DNA from: Mobula hypostoma
Taxonomy: Eukaryota
Length of the DNA: 64,000 nucleotides
Direction: 5' to 3'
Assembly: GCF_963921235.1 (NCBI RefSeq)
Contig: NC_086097.1
Span: 89,406,001-89,470,000, forward strand
The notes beneath the pieces were generated by a model. That model made no database searches and was not told where the DNA came from. It saw only the letters and a list, made by a program, of their open reading frames with translations. Shown piece after piece: positions 1-13,495 of the stretch. Position numbers and translations under genes: made by a program. Position 1 is the first letter of the stretch. Every line of letters begins with the position of its first letter.

Positions 1-3000
1 CTAGGGGGACCAATATCCTGGCAGGGAGATTAACGAGGGCTACTGAGGTGACTTTAAACTAGAATGGTTGGGGGGTTGGGAATCAAATTAAAGAGGCTAG
101 GCGAGAGGAGGTTAGTTCACAACAGGGGGATGGGAACCAGTGCAGAGAGACAGAGGGGTGTAAAATGAGGGTAGAAGCAAAAAGTAGTAAGGTGAAAAGT
201 AAAAGTGGCAGGCTGACAAATCCAGGGCAAGCATCAAAAAAGGCCACTTTTCAACATAATTGTATAAGGGCTAAGAGAGTTGTAAAAGCGCGCCTGAAGG
301 CTTTGTGTGTCAATGCAAGGAGCATTCATAACAAGGTGGATGAATTAAAAGTGCAGATTGTTATTAATGAATATGATATAGTTGGGATCACAGAGACATG
401 GCACCAGGGTGACCAAGGATGGGAGCTCAACATTCAGGGATATTCAATATTCAGGAGGGATAGACATTAAAGAAAAGGAGGTGGGGTGGCGTTGCTGGTT
501 AGAGAGGAGATTAACGCAATAGAAAGGAAGAACATAAGCCGGGAAGATGTGGAATCGATATGGGTAGAGCTGCATAACACTAAGGGGCAGAAAACGCTGG
601 TGGGAGTTGTGTACAGGCCACCTAACAGTAGTAGTGAGGTTGGGGATGGTATTAAACAGGAAATTAGAAATGTGTGCAATAAAGGAACAGCAGTTATAAT
701 GGGTGACTTCAATCTACATATAGATTGGGTGAACCAAATTGGTAAGGGTGCTGAGGAAGAGGATTTCTTGGAATGTATGCGGGATGGTTTTTTGAACCAA
801 CATGTCGAGGAACCAACTAGAGACCAGGCTATTCTAGACTGGGTATTAAGCAACGAGGAAGGGTTAATTAGCAATCTTGTCATGAGAGGCCCCTTGGGTT
901 AGAGTGACCATAATATGGTGGAATTCTTCATTAAGATGGAGAGTGACATAGTTAATTCAGAAATAAAGGTTCTGAACTTAAAGAAGGGTAACTTTGAAGG
1001 TATGACACGTGAATTAGCTAAGATAGACTGGCAAATGACACTTAAAGGGTTGACGGTGGATATGCAATGGCAAGCATTTAAAGATCGCATGGATGAACTA
1101 CAACAATTGTTCATCCCAGTTTGGCAAAAGAATAAATCAAGGAAGGTAGTGCACCCGTGGCTGACAAGGGAAATTAGGGATAGTATCAATTCCAAAGAAG
1201 AAGCATACAAATTAGCCAGAAAAAGTGGCTCACCTGAGGACTGGGAGAAATTCAGAGTTCAGCAGAGGAGGACAAAGGGCTTAATTAGGAAGGGGAAAAA
1301 AGATTATGAGAGAAAACTGGCAGGGAACATAAAAACTGACTGTAAAAGCTTTTATAGATATGTGAAAAGAAAAAGATTGGTTAAGACAAATGTAGGTCCC
1401 CTACAGACAGAAACAGGTGAATTGATTATGGGGAGCAAGGACATGGCAGACCAAGTGAATAATTACTTTGGTTCTGTCTTCACTAAGGAGGACATAAATA
1501 ATCTTCCAGAAATAGTAGGGGACAGAGGGTCCAGTGAGATGGAGGAACTGAGGGAAATACATGTTAGTAGGGAAGTGGTGTTAGGTAAATTGAAGGGATT
1601 AAAGGCAGATAAATCCCCAGGGCCAGATGGTCTGCATCCCAGAGTGCTTAAGGAAGTAGCCCAAGAAATAGTGGATGCATTAGTGATAATTTTTCAAAAC
1701 TCTTTAGATTCTGGACTAGTTCCTGAGGATTGGAGGGTGGCTAATGTAACCTCACTTTTTAAAAAAGGAGGGAGAGAGAAACCGGGGAATTATAGACCGG
1801 TTAGCCTAACATCGGTGGTGGGGAAAATGCTAGAGTCAGTTATCAAAGATGTGATAACAGCACATTTGGAAAGCGGTGAAATCATTGGACAAAGTCAGCA
1901 TGGATTTGTGAAAGGAAAATCATGTCTGACAAATCTCATAGAATTTTTTGTGGATGTAACTAGTAGAGTGGATAGGGGAGAACCAGTGGATGTGGTATAT
2001 TTGGATTTTCAAAAGGGTTTTGACAAGGTCCCACACAGGAGATTAGTGTGCAAACTTAAAGCACATGGTATTGGGGGTAAGGTATTGATGTGGATAGAGA
2101 ATTGGTTGGCAGACAGAAAGCAAAGAGTGGGAATAAACAGGACCTTTTCAGAATGGCAGACAGTGACTAGTGGGGCACCGCAAGGCTCAGTGCTGGGACC
2201 CCAGTTGTTTACAATATATATTAATGACTTGGATGAGGGAAGTAAATGCAGCATCTCCAAGTTTGTGGATGACATGAAGCTGGGTGGCGGTGTTAGCAGT
2301 GAGGAGGATGCTAAGAGGATGCAGGGTGACTTGGATAGGTTGGGTGAGTGGGCAAATTCATGGCAGATGCAATTTAATGTGGATAAATGTGAAGTTATCC
2401 ACTTTGGTGGCAAAAATAGGAAAACAGATTATTATCTGAATGGTGGCCGATTAGGAAAAGGGGAGGTGCAACAAGACCTGGGTGTCATTATACACCAGTC
2501 ATTGAAAGTGGGCATGCAGGTACAGCAGGCGGTGAAAAAGGCGAATGGTATGCTGGCATTTATAGCAAGAGGATTCGAGTACAGGAGCAGGGAGGTACTA
2601 CTGCAGTTGTACAAGGCCTTGGTGAGACCACACCTGGAGTATTGTGTGCAGTTTTGGTCTCCTAATCTGAGGAAAGACATCCTTGCCATAGAGGAAGTAC
2701 AAAGAAGGTTCACCAGATTGATTCCTGGGATGGCAGGACTTTCATATGATGAAAGACTGGATGAACTAGGCTTATACTCGTTGGAATTTAGAAGATTGAG
2801 GAGGGATCTGATTGAAACGTATAAAATCCTAAAGGGATTGGACAGGCTAGATGCAGGAAGATTTTTCCCGATGTTGGGGAAGTCCAGAACGAGGGGTCAC
2901 AGTTTGAGGATAAAGGGGAAGCCTTTTAGGACCGAGATTAGGAAAAACTTCTTCACACAGAGTGGTGAATCTGTAGAATTCTCTGCCACAGGAAACAGTT

Positions 3001-3197
3001 GAGGTCAGTTCATTGGCTATATTTAAGAGGGAGTTAGATATGGCCCTTGTGATTAAAGGGATCGGGGGTATGGAGGGAAGGCTGGTACAGGGTTCTGAGT
3101 TGGATGATCAGCTATGATCATACTGAATGGCGGTGCAGGCTCGAAGGGCCGAATGGCCTACTCCTGCACCTATTTTCTATGTTTCTATATTTCTATG
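1..3197 (+). mobile_element. CR1-clade LINE, young copy (family A): end of ORF1, ORF2 (APE endonuclease + RT), (TTTCTATG)n tail; 5' part runs off the window
   Basis: 3-62 reads RGTNILAGRLTRATEVTLN* (ORF1 esterase C-terminus). ORFs 165-470, 486-902 and 915-3002 are in one frame, separated only by TAA (468-470) and TAG (900-902). Motifs NARS, GITETW, GDFN, PGPDG, YRPVSLTS, YLDFQKGFD, PQGSVLGP, FVDD. A 2-nt loss near 2958 shifts the last codons. Tail at 3174-3197. Confidence 0.96.
165..3002 (+). pseudogene. CR1 ORF2 endonuclease/reverse transcriptase with two in-frame stops and a late frameshift
   Basis: Same-frame ORF pieces with APE and RT motifs; the intact C-terminus can be read from the sister copy at 13598-14348. 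Confidence 0.93.
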
Positions 3198-3679
3198 TAC
3201 ACTTTCATCCAGGTCATTTATATACATCACAAACAACAGAGGTCCCAGCACAGATCCTGCGGAACACCAATAATCACAGACCTCCAGCTAGGATAAGTCC
3301 CTCCAACCACTACCCTGTTGTCTTATATGGGCAAGCCAGTTCTGAATCCAAACAGCCAATTCACCATGGATCCCATGATCTTAATCTTCTGGTTGAGCTT
3401 TCCATGAGGGAAGGATTTTTATCTGGTAGTTTCTACTTCTTGGCGATCCACAATCCTGGAGATGCCAGATTTGAGGCAGTGGTGAAAACAAGAGGAGCAA
3501 AGAGTTTGTTTTTAATGGGGTGTTATAATCTGGAAGGCTCAATCGGGGGAAAAATGGTAGAAGACTATTCATTAGCAGTATTCGAAGGAAAATGTTTAAG
3601 TACAACTTCAAATGTTTATAGCCATTGAATAAAGAGCAAGCAAAGTTGAACCTATTGAATAGCTCAATCAAAAATAAAG

Positions 3680-3835
3680 AAAATGCTGAAAATATTCGGC
3701 AGGTCAGGTAGCATCTGAAGAAAGAGAATAAAGTTCATGTTTCTGGTTGAAGTCTCTATACCAGAACTGAAATGTTAACTTATTTCTCTTCTCTCAGATG
3801 CTACTTGACTTGCTAAGTGTTTCTAGCATTGTCTA
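3680..3835. mobile_element. old fold-back pair of Penelope-like element ends
   Basis: aatgctgaaaatattcggcaggtcaggtagcatctga ... tcagatgctacttgacttgctaagtgtttctagcatt are degenerate inverted arms like those of the younger copies. Confidence 0.65.
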
Positions 3836-5894
3836 CTATTGGACATTCAGTTTCTGTAATTTTTTTTTGTATTTTTCATTTAATTCGATCATTTGGATCT
3901 TGGTGGGCCAAGTAGCTTCCTGTCTGCAGAGCTACATTCTTGGAAACCTTTCTGCACTTGCTGTTTCATGTCTGTCGTGTCCGTATCAGATCTAATCTTT
4001 ACTCTTCCCTAAACCCACAGAACAGTCTCGGGAATGAGTGGAGTGTTGTCTGAGAGATTTATGCTTGTGATAACCTCGATGTTTGCTGAGCTGTTTTCTT
4101 ATAATATCTTACTTATGGTGGTGCAGACATGTTGTGACCCAGAATCCAAATACCACCCATACACCGAAAAATCTTTGCAATAAATGGGAAAGGAAAACCC
4201 TCGCGTCTTCTACATAACTTGAACATTATAAGGAACCGGTCCTGATCAAATTGATTGTGAAATCATTTAAAATTTATTATAGTCATGTCCCTTTCCATCC
4301 AATTCATGAACCAGTCACTACTTCCCTGAACATGGCTTCCAGTTAAAATCAATCTTGTTCCAATTCACTTCTCCGTCACCAAAAAAACAACACTGGAAAT
4401 ACTTGGGAGGTCAGGGAGCACCTGTGGAGAAACTGAATTAATGTTTCTGTTTCTCTCGCGACTGATGTTGACTGGCCTGCTGATTATTACCAGAATATTG
4501 TTTTCATTTCATATTTCTGTGGTTTTATAATTTTCTTTCCTCAGTTTGTCCCGCTCTTTGGTTTGTTCCTTGTTACCATCTCTCCACTTACCCCCCTCTA
4601 CGTTTCATGATCTCAGCATCAAATCCACAGCCAGTGCTGCCATCATCTCTGCCCCTGAAGTAGGCAATAGATCAGAACATAGGTTGGCATCAAGTAGCGG
4701 AGTATCATTGATCAGAAACTCATTGTGTTCTGTATCTTCCTGGGTGCTGTGAACTGGTAGGAGGTACACAGTTAAGGGGTGAGGTCTATAGTACTTTGCA
4801 AGCACAAATCCACTAGTTCACAGGCAGCGCCATGAACTTTAGAGAAGTTTTATTGGGAGTTTTGTGCCAGATTTATACTCTGACTGAGGACTCACTGCTG
4901 ACAAATGGTGAGAGCTTCATTGAAACGTTTAATTGCAAAGGCTCAGTTTCTGGACACCGTTTCTGGAGCAGTGTGGGTCAGACCTCCGCTTGGAGCTGGG
5001 TGGTAAGGAGAAATTGGTCACTGTCTCAATATAGGGTCAACACATTTGGTGTTGACAGAAGTTTGTCAGCTCTGAAGGTTTAACAGACCTGTGGAGAGTC
5101 CTGTCAAATAGTTGAGAGATGTGTATTTGTAAAGTGATTGTGAGGTACCCACAGTCAGTGAAGTAACTTTGAAGCGTAATTGTTGTTACAGTGTAAAACA
5201 CAGCTGGTAATTTAAGCACAGGAACTTCCACAGACATTGGCGATGAATCTTTTCATCTATTTTCAGTTTTTTTTCTTAAAAGTCAGAATAGGTGACTTGG
5301 CCCCTAAATTCAGAGCAACCAGATGTTCACCATTCAGGACCATAGTTGATCTTTTACCTCAGCACCACTTTCTGGCACTTACCCCATATCCCTCAATGTG
5401 TTTAAGGGATAAATATTGACCAGAGCATCCGGGGGAGACCTCTGTATTTTTTTCAGAGTAGTCACCACAGACTGGTCAGAGGCAGAAGGGAGCTCAATCT
5501 GACACTTCATCTGAAATCCAGCACCCCCTCAGTAAACTGGTGTGCTAGCCTCTGAAGTCAGCCCCACGAGCTTCTGATGGAGAGGATTAGAGTCTTTCCT
5601 ATCTCGATCACTGCTGGTGCGAGTGAGATACCAGTAGTGTGTCAGGAGTCAAAGATTAGAATGCAAGATGGTTAGTCTGAGAATTATACAATCTTCATCC
5701 CACTGTGTTTAGGCTGACCATTGTGCCTACCTTTACTAATGCCAGTTGCTTGCATTGACCCCATATGATTCGATACACTGTTCATTCAAGTACCTGCCCA
5801 AGTGCTTCAAGTCCACCATCTCTCTGGCAGCAACTCATTCTAGATGTCAATTACAATGTGTGGAAACTTTTACCCCTCAAAACTCCTTTAAGCC

Positions 5895-6432
5895 TAGACA
5901 CAGAATAGAGGAACATCTCTTTTTTTTTGGTCGTCTCAAACCTTTACGGCATGAAGATTGATTTCCTTTTATCTAACTTCCAGTAACCACTCCCCTCTGT
6001 TTTCCCCTGCTGGCCCCTTCACTTCTTTTCCCTTCCCCATCCCCAAGCCTCACGACTTTCTCATTGCCTTCACCTCCTCCCTTTGATTCCTCTACCTCCC
6101 TTCCCTTTATTCCGTGGTCCACTGCCCTCTCCTATCAGATTGGATCTTCCTCAGTCGTCTTCCACATATCACCTCCCAACTCCTCACAGTATTCCCCTTC
6201 CCTGTCCCTCACCTACCTACCTTCCCCCTCTCAGGTGAATTTGCCTGTCACATGCCAACTTGTGTACCCAGCCCTCCTGCCGTCATTTTATTCTGACTTC
6301 TGCTCTGTTTCTTTCCAGTCCTCGCCAAGGGTCTTGGCCTGAAATGGCAACTGTTCATATCTCTCCATGGATGCTGTCTGACCTGCTGAGTTCCTCCAGC
6401 ACTTTGAGAGTGTTGCCACAGCTTTCCGGCAT
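5895..6432 (+). mobile_element. Penelope-like element 3' remnant (GIY-YIG C-terminus, pyrimidine-rich UTR, decayed hammerhead end)
   Basis: 5900-5985 resembles the decayed EEQHLIFRLG..QP.GMNIDFSNF ending of vertebrate Penelope GIY-YIG domains (recalled). It is followed by a C/T-rich tract and ccagtcctcgccaagggtcttggcctgaaatggcaactg...gacctgctgagttcctccagc. Confidence 0.7.
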
Positions 6433-6591
6433 TTATGGTCACTCTGGGTCCTTAAACTTGCTTTCTCTTATCATTCTACCCCTACCATAGGAAACAGACC
6501 AGCTATCTACCCTATTTACATCTCTCATCATATTATATATCTCTGTGACATCACATCTCAGCCAGTTTTCAGGGAAAACGACCTAGTACGG

Positions 6592-6865
6592 AATGGTAGT
6601 GGAGTGATTTGCACAACACTTTACTCTATAGGCAATCTGGGTTCAATTCCCGCCATTGCCTGTAAGGAGTTTGTACGTTCTCCCTGTGACCACATGGGTT
6701 TCCTTCGGGTGCTCTGGATTACTCCCACATTCCAAAGACGAACAGGTTGGTGGGTTAATTGGACATTGTAAACTGTCCTGTGATCAGGCTAGGATTAAAT
6801 TGCTGTGTGCCATGGCTCAAAGATTCAGAAAGGCCTACTCGGTCCTGAATTTCAATAAATAAAAA
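6592..6865 (+). mobile_element. tRNA-derived SINE (V-SINE/HE1-like)
   Basis: B-box-like gggttcaattccc, V-domain-like tgtaaggagtttgtacgttctccc...gggtttcc...gggtgctc..ccacattccaaagac, aataaata tail; related copies at about 37640-37895 and 59770-59953. Confidence 0.75.
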
Positions 6866-9105
6866 AAATTTTAAAATAACTCAAGCCCTCCTGAACAAGC
6901 AATGTTTTCTGTGCTCTCTCTGACTTATCTGGGAGATGCAGAAACAAAGCAATTTTTTTTCTGTCACCCAGGGACTCCAGTCCTCGTTCCACATTTCAAC
7001 CCCAGGCATTCCCAGGGACGTGAGCTCATCGAGATTGGTTTAAGGTGGGGGTGGATGTGTTGACAGCTCTGAAACCCTGTGTTGAGTAACGACGTTTGGG
7101 TGGTGGAGGGGAGATGTCTGTGATTGGAGTGAATTCTGTATGGTCAGGGTTTAAACATTAACACAACTCAGCAGGCTGAGGCCCTGTGAGAGAAACAACA
7201 AATTGCAAACCAGACGTCCAGCAACACCCTCAAGCAGGGCCCATTTTTAGAGTTATACTTTTTCCCTATGAGAGGCCCTCAAAAGCAACTGTCCATGATT
7301 TTTCATTTTCAAATAACAAATAACTTTCTTTTACTATTTCCCTCCCTCTTCGCATCTGTTTTGATTGGCAGTGTTGGAGATTGCTCACGTATATGTTGAA
7401 GTGGCTCAGACTGTGGGAGATTGAAACTCCAGATCTAAACTGGCCTTCAATTCGTCAGCTTTGGCTGCAGGCTTCTCCACCTCTGCCTATTAAGTCCACC
7501 ACTGAGGGATGGAGGGATTTGCAGTGCAACAAACAAGACTTGGGCTCCCTCCAGAACTATCCAAGTGTCTGTAGAAATTGAAGGTTTGAATACTGGGTGT
7601 TGTTTCCAAACTTCTGCTTGATTTGTCATCAAGAGTGATCTCATTGGGCACTTAAGTCTGTCTGCCTGCTGATTGGCTGAAGATGGTGTGAGGAAGGCCA
7701 TAGTAAGCAGATGATGGACAGAAGTTGGGGGCAGGGTGGTTGAAGGCAAGAGATTTGTGTCATGGAAGCTCCAAGGCTGCACGCAGAGCTGGCAACACTG
7801 ACTGCTGTGGGACAGGAGTCTGGCTAAATGGATGAAACCATTCATTGCCTCTTTAACAAGAGAAGAGGAAACTGCATTCCTGTAGTGCCTTTTTCACATC
7901 CTTGAAGGATCCCAAATCCCACTGCAACTACTGAAGTCCCTTTAAAGGTTCTCACTGATTCCTTGCTAGAGACAATTCTGATTTTCATCCAGCAAAGCAC
8001 CAAAGTGGACTCAACCTCATAAGCAAACTTTTTATGATCTTGTACTTTATTGTTTACATGCATTGCATTTTTTCAGTAGCTTTTACACTTTGTCATGCAT
8101 TCATATTGTTTTACCTTGTACGACTTCGATGCATTATGTAATGATTTGATCCGAATGCACAATATGCAAGACAAGGTTTTCACTATATCTTGCTGCTGTG
8201 ACAACAATAAAGGAACACCAATGTCGACATAACGTATTTTCACAAAAGCTCTTTTAGTGGCATTGTTTGCTGGATAGCTGCTGAGTGGTGTTTTGCAGGA
8301 ATTGCAAACAAGTATGAGTTTGAACTACAGTATCTGACCAGTTTGGTGTGCAGTGCAATACCAAGCTTAATTTGAAGCTGAAGTATAATGGTTCAAAGTA
8401 TACAGGGATCAGGGTTGACTACTTCCATAGTCTGCTGGTAATAAGGAGGGGGTGGATTTCAACTGGGGCTAGACATCTTCCTGTACCTATTCAGGTCAGC
8501 GGCACAGTCAGCATCATTTCAAAAGAGGTTGGTCATTTGCTGCTTCAGTCGATAGACCACCCATGTGTGTTGCATATAGGACCCTGATGGGCACTTAGGG
8601 AAGGAGTCTCTCTGAGGTCGAGCTGAGCTCCATGTGAGTGGCACTGCAGATGGTGGAGCCAAAGCAATCTGGCAGAGTTGAAAGCGTTGTTCACCTTTGT
8701 GAGCTTCTTCTCTCTCAGGTTCTGTAGTGTGGCCAGTTCCTGCATGGTAACATGAGAAAGGTACTTTAATTACAAGTGAATTTACATTGTGCAAAGCAGC
8801 AGTTCCTGTGGTTTTTGTCTGCAGAAACTGCCTCTCCCCAGAAGTAAACAAAGAGTCCATGACACACTCTAAACATATTACAGCAACATTTAGGGAAGTT
8901 AATTGTTGGTCTGGTATTGCAGAATTAAGAGGAAGTGTATGGTCATGCACTTTGTTGGAAAGAATGAAGTTGTAGACCATTCTCTGAATGGGGAGTCCTC
9001 ATGCAGGATTCCCTGAAGGTTAAGTTCCAGGCTGGTAAGGTGGATGCAAGGTTAGGCTTCTTTCTGAGAGGCCTATGAAAACAAGGATGTAATACTGAGA
9101 CCTTA

Positions 9106-9200
9106 CAGTCAGTGAGCACTTTATTAGGTACACCTGTACACTGCTCATTAATACAAATATCTAATCAGCCATTCATGTGCACGAAACCATGCAAAAATCA
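9106..9200 (+). mobile_element. Tc1/mariner-type terminal fragment
   Basis: TA followed by cagtcagtgagcactttattaggtacacc...aatatctaatcagcc, resembling a Tc1-like terminus; no partner end found. Confidence 0.55.
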
Positions 9201-9673
9201 AATCAAATCATGTTTAGTTATCATTCAACCATGCATGGATGGATACAGCCAAACGAGACAGTGCTCCTCTGGGGCCAAGATGCAAAACATACACAGCACA
9301 TTCAAAAATAACAAGACACAAAGAAAACATAATCATGCAAGAAAACATATATACAGTCCAAAACTTTGAGATGCATGCTAAAAGTTCCTAGCAATTCAGC
9401 CTGTCATTCCACTGATCGTACATAGGAGGGTAGCACCAATGGGAGAGGCCAGCCCCCAACTGAGCACAGATGCTACACTACACCACCACTGGCATTTCCT
9501 CACCTGTACTGCAGCAGCAGACAAGCCCACGGCTTAAGGCCTAATCCTCACTGCTACTAAGGACATGCTGTCGCCTTGCTGCCTGTCACACCATCAAACA
9601 GGGGAAATAACCCTGCTTCATCTTAAAATTATCAGTGTCCAACTTGCTCTTGCGAGGCAGTCACTCACAGTTA

Positions 9674-10188
9674 ATGCTGATTTATACTTGTGCGTCAAAT
9701 GGACGCTGTAACCTATGCAAGTGGCCTACGCACGTTGTGAGCATTTATACTTGTGCGTTGGTGTGTCTGCGTCACTCTGCAATTCGGGCACGTCACTCAG
9801 ACGCACACACCTTCCCGTGCAAGGCTTCATGGTCATGGTAGTCTTTCTCGGGGTAAACAAGTTTAAAGCGAGCGTCTTTTTTCGTAAAAGGGAAATGTGT
9901 CCTCCATAATTTCGGAGGTCTGTAAAGCTTTATGGAAAGCATTGCAGCCAGAGTTCCTTCCCTGCCCTTCAGTCACCCAATGGGAAGCTATTGCAGCGTA
10001 GGAGGAAATGCGATGCTACCAAGCGGGCCAATCACAGTTGTTGCGGTCTGCGTTGCTGCGACGCGCAGTTACATTTTGGGAGAGGTGCGCATCAGGCTAC
10101 GGCGTAGGGATCCATGTAGGCTCTGCGTAGGGTTTGCGGCGACGCCGTACCTACGGCGTCCATTTGACGCAGAAGTATAAATCAGCCT
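9674..10188. mobile_element. non-autonomous TIR element, probably PIF/Harbinger-type MITE
   Basis: 35-bp TIRs gctgatttatacttgtgcgtcaaatggacgctgta (9676-9710) and tacggcgtccatttgacgcagaagtataaatcagc (10152-10186), 2 mismatches; TTA on both flanks (9671-9673, 10189-10191); CpG-rich interior. Confidence 0.85.
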
Positions 10189-13100
10189 TTACACTGCATG
10201 CCGCTTTCACGCACCAACTCCGATGCCTTTGAGTAGCAGTCTTGGACCCAGGTCAGCTCCTCCAAACCCAATCTGGCTCCTCCAACCCACTGTCCGGCTG
10301 CTTCGAACAATGATCACTGATGAGGTAGACCTGCCATCCCTGTAGTTCTTGGAGTTCAGTATAGTCTTACGATAATAAAAACACATTTAACAAAGAAAAG
10401 TACACGTTACAGCCATCTTTGATGGAAGAAGGCATAGCCTGGATGTTGGAGGTCTTTCCTGGATACTGTTGTCTTGTGCAATACTTCATGTAAATGTACA
10501 CAGTGGTGGAGAGGGCTCTGCCTGTGATGGACTGGGCTGCATCCACCACTTTGCAGTCTTTTTTGTTCCTGGGCATTGGTGTTTTCGTACCAGGCTGATA
10601 TGTATCCAGTCAGGATATCCTCCAGTCACACAATCATGCATATAAAGTGAGTAAGACGGTAACGAGAGAGGATAAAGATTTGGCAAATAGAATATAATGA
10701 AGCTCTCCAATTTTTGAAGGAAATATCAAGTCCCTTAATATCCAAGCAGTGAGAAATTGCAGAGTTCCAAGACACAGAGGGATCTGTGTCACCCAGTGTA
10801 TGATTCACCGAAAGTTTCTGTGTTGTTACAGAAAGTAATTAGGAAAGATAGCAATATTATCAGTTATTGCTTGGGGAATTGAATACAAAAGGAGCGAAAC
10901 TGGACTTCAGTCATAAAGATTGGCGAAACTGCAGAATTAAATATCCACAGAATTAGTTTTTATTTAAGGACGTGTGTTAATGAGCTGTAAAGTTCCGAGG
11001 TGATTTTCCCAGGCTAGTATCTGGAATGAGCAATTGTCTTGTGGGTGAAGGTCAGACAGGCTGGGTTTGCATCTACTAGAGTGCAAAACTGAGAGAGGAG
11101 GTGATTGGAATAAAGGATCCTCAAAGGTCTTGATAGGGTGGATGTTGGGTTGAGTTTAGCATTTAACCCAAACATTGAAATGTGGAATATATTCAAAGTT
11201 CAAAGTAAATTTATTATCAGAATACATGTATGTCAGCATATATAACCCTGAGATTTATTTTCTTGCAGGCATACTCAATAAATCCATTATAGGATAATAA
11301 TCATAATAGAATCACTGAAGACCACACCAATTTGGTCGTTCATTCAGTGTGTGGATGAGAACAAACTGCTATTGTTTTATTGTTGTCACATGTAGCAAGT
11401 TACAGAGAAGAGCTGGTTTTGCATAGTGTTCATGTGGATCACGTTATTACACAGTGCCATGAGCTAGAATAAGGTAAAACAGTAACAATGTATAATAAAG
11501 TGCAAGAGGTATTGACAAAGTGCAGTGCAGGTAAGTGGTAAAGTGCCAGATCATAACGAGCTAGATTGTGAGGCCAAGACCCCATCTTATTGTACAGGAG
11601 GGCCATTCAAGAACCGGATGGCAGAGGGCAGAAGAGAGAACTTCTGAGGTGGGTGGTGGGATCAGAAAGTCAAGCATCCAAGTGAAGAGGGATGCACAAC
11701 TCCCAGGGTCAGAGGTTGGTGATGAGTTTGGGTAATTGAATTGAAGGCAGAGAACTGTAATCAATAAACAGTAGTCTGAGAGAGTGCTGCCATATTGGCA
11801 TTCCAGAATACGTTCTGTGCCCCTTCCAGGTGCTGCTTAGCATGGAGAAGTGCTGGCTGAGGGAGGATAATCACCAGTAATCGGAAGGAGGCTACCTCGC
11901 CCAAATGTCACCTGATGCCATGAGACATTAAATGGACTGCAGTGTTGAGAGCTCCTATGGTTGCTCCCTCCTACTTGTATTCCACTGTGCGAAGGCCATA
12001 TTGTGATTCTGTGAGTTGGGCTGTGACTTGGCTGCTTTGCCCGTGCGGTCACCAGCACCACAGTCCCGAGGAGAGACAGGATTGCCTTGAGGCAGAGAGA
12101 GTTCAAAAGAACTGAGTGGGTGCAGTTCCCGAGGAGACATGAGATTGTGTATAATTAGGCACTTGGCAGGTACCATTAAAAAGTTAGGTTTAAGCAGAGT
12201 GGCCATTGTGTGAATCTGCCAGTGTCGGAGTGGGTAGTTGAGGCTTTGGCTCATCAGGGCTTATGAGAGGAGAGATGTAGGCCATAGGTTGACATTTTTT
12301 TCATTTTTTAATTCTTTACTCTTATTGCACATTTAGAGAAGTGGGGCTGCCAGATTGAGGGCTTCCAATTTTTGGATCATTGGGCTCTCTTCCAGGGAAG
12401 GTGCGACCTGTACAGAAGGGACGGTTTGCACACGAACTGGAGAGGGACTAATATCCTAGTAGGAAGGTTTTCTAGTGCTGCACGGTGGGGGGGGGGGGAA
12501 GTTAAGCTAAAGATGCAGGGGGATGGGAACCAGTGGGCCAGAACATATAGCGGAATGGTTGTGGGGAAAGATATTGTTAAGCCAACGTACAAAGTCAGGA
12601 TCAAAAAGTAGAGTAGGGTGTGAAGTTCTGAGTTGTGTGTATTTTAATGCAAGGAGTATTGTAGGAAAGGCGGATTAGTTTAGGGCGTGGATCAGCAGGT
12701 GAAATTATGACATTGTAGCCATTAGTGAGATTTGGTTTGCGGGAGGGGCAGGACTGGCAACTCAATGGTCTGGTGTTCTGTTGTTTTAACTGAGATAGAG
12801 TGGGAGGGATTAAAGGGGGAGGGGCGGCATTACTAGTCAGGGAAAATGTCACGGCAGTTCTCAATCAGGACAGACGGGAGAGCTCGCCTAGTGAGGCTTT
12901 ATGGGTAGGACTGATAAGAAAATTATGACCGTGTTAAAAGGATTATATTATAGACCACCTAACAGTCCACGGGATTTAGAGGAGAAAATTTGTAGGGAGA
13001 TTTCAGGCTGTTGCAAGAAAGATAAGGATGTGATAGTAAGTGATTTTAACTTTCCACGTATTGACTGTAAAAGGACTGGATGGGAAAGAGTTTGTTTAAT

Positions 13101-13495
13101 GTGTTCAGAAAAATTTCCTTAATCAGTACATAGAAATCCCAGCTATACAGCGTGTGATACTAGATCTTCTTTTAGGGAATGAAACAGGGTAGGTGCCAGA
13201 GTTTGTGGTCACCTAGTGGTCATAATGCTATTAGTTTCAAAGTAATTGGGGAAAAGGATAGGTCTGGTTCTTAGATTGAGTTTCTAAATTGGAGAAAGAG
13301 TGATTTTGATGATATCAGAAAAGACCTGGCAAGCATGGATTGGGACAGGCTGTTTTATGGCAAAGGTGTACTTGGTAAGTAGGAGAATTTCAAAAGTGAA
13401 ATTTTGAGAGCCAAGAGTTGTATCTTCCTGTCACAGTAAAATACAAGGATAAAGAACCTTGGATTTCGAGAGATATTGAGGCCCTGGTTAAGAAT

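Noticed and set aside
467..2713. Minus-strand ORFs 467-883, 899-1210, 2009-2413, 2432-2713
   Set aside because: Antisense shadows of CR1 ORF2 with no independent motifs.
4832..5083. ORF with Kozak-like gcgccATG and a nearby GTGAGA donor
   Set aside because: No similarity to the PLEKHG3 N-terminus, and the donor phase is incompatible with exon 34449.
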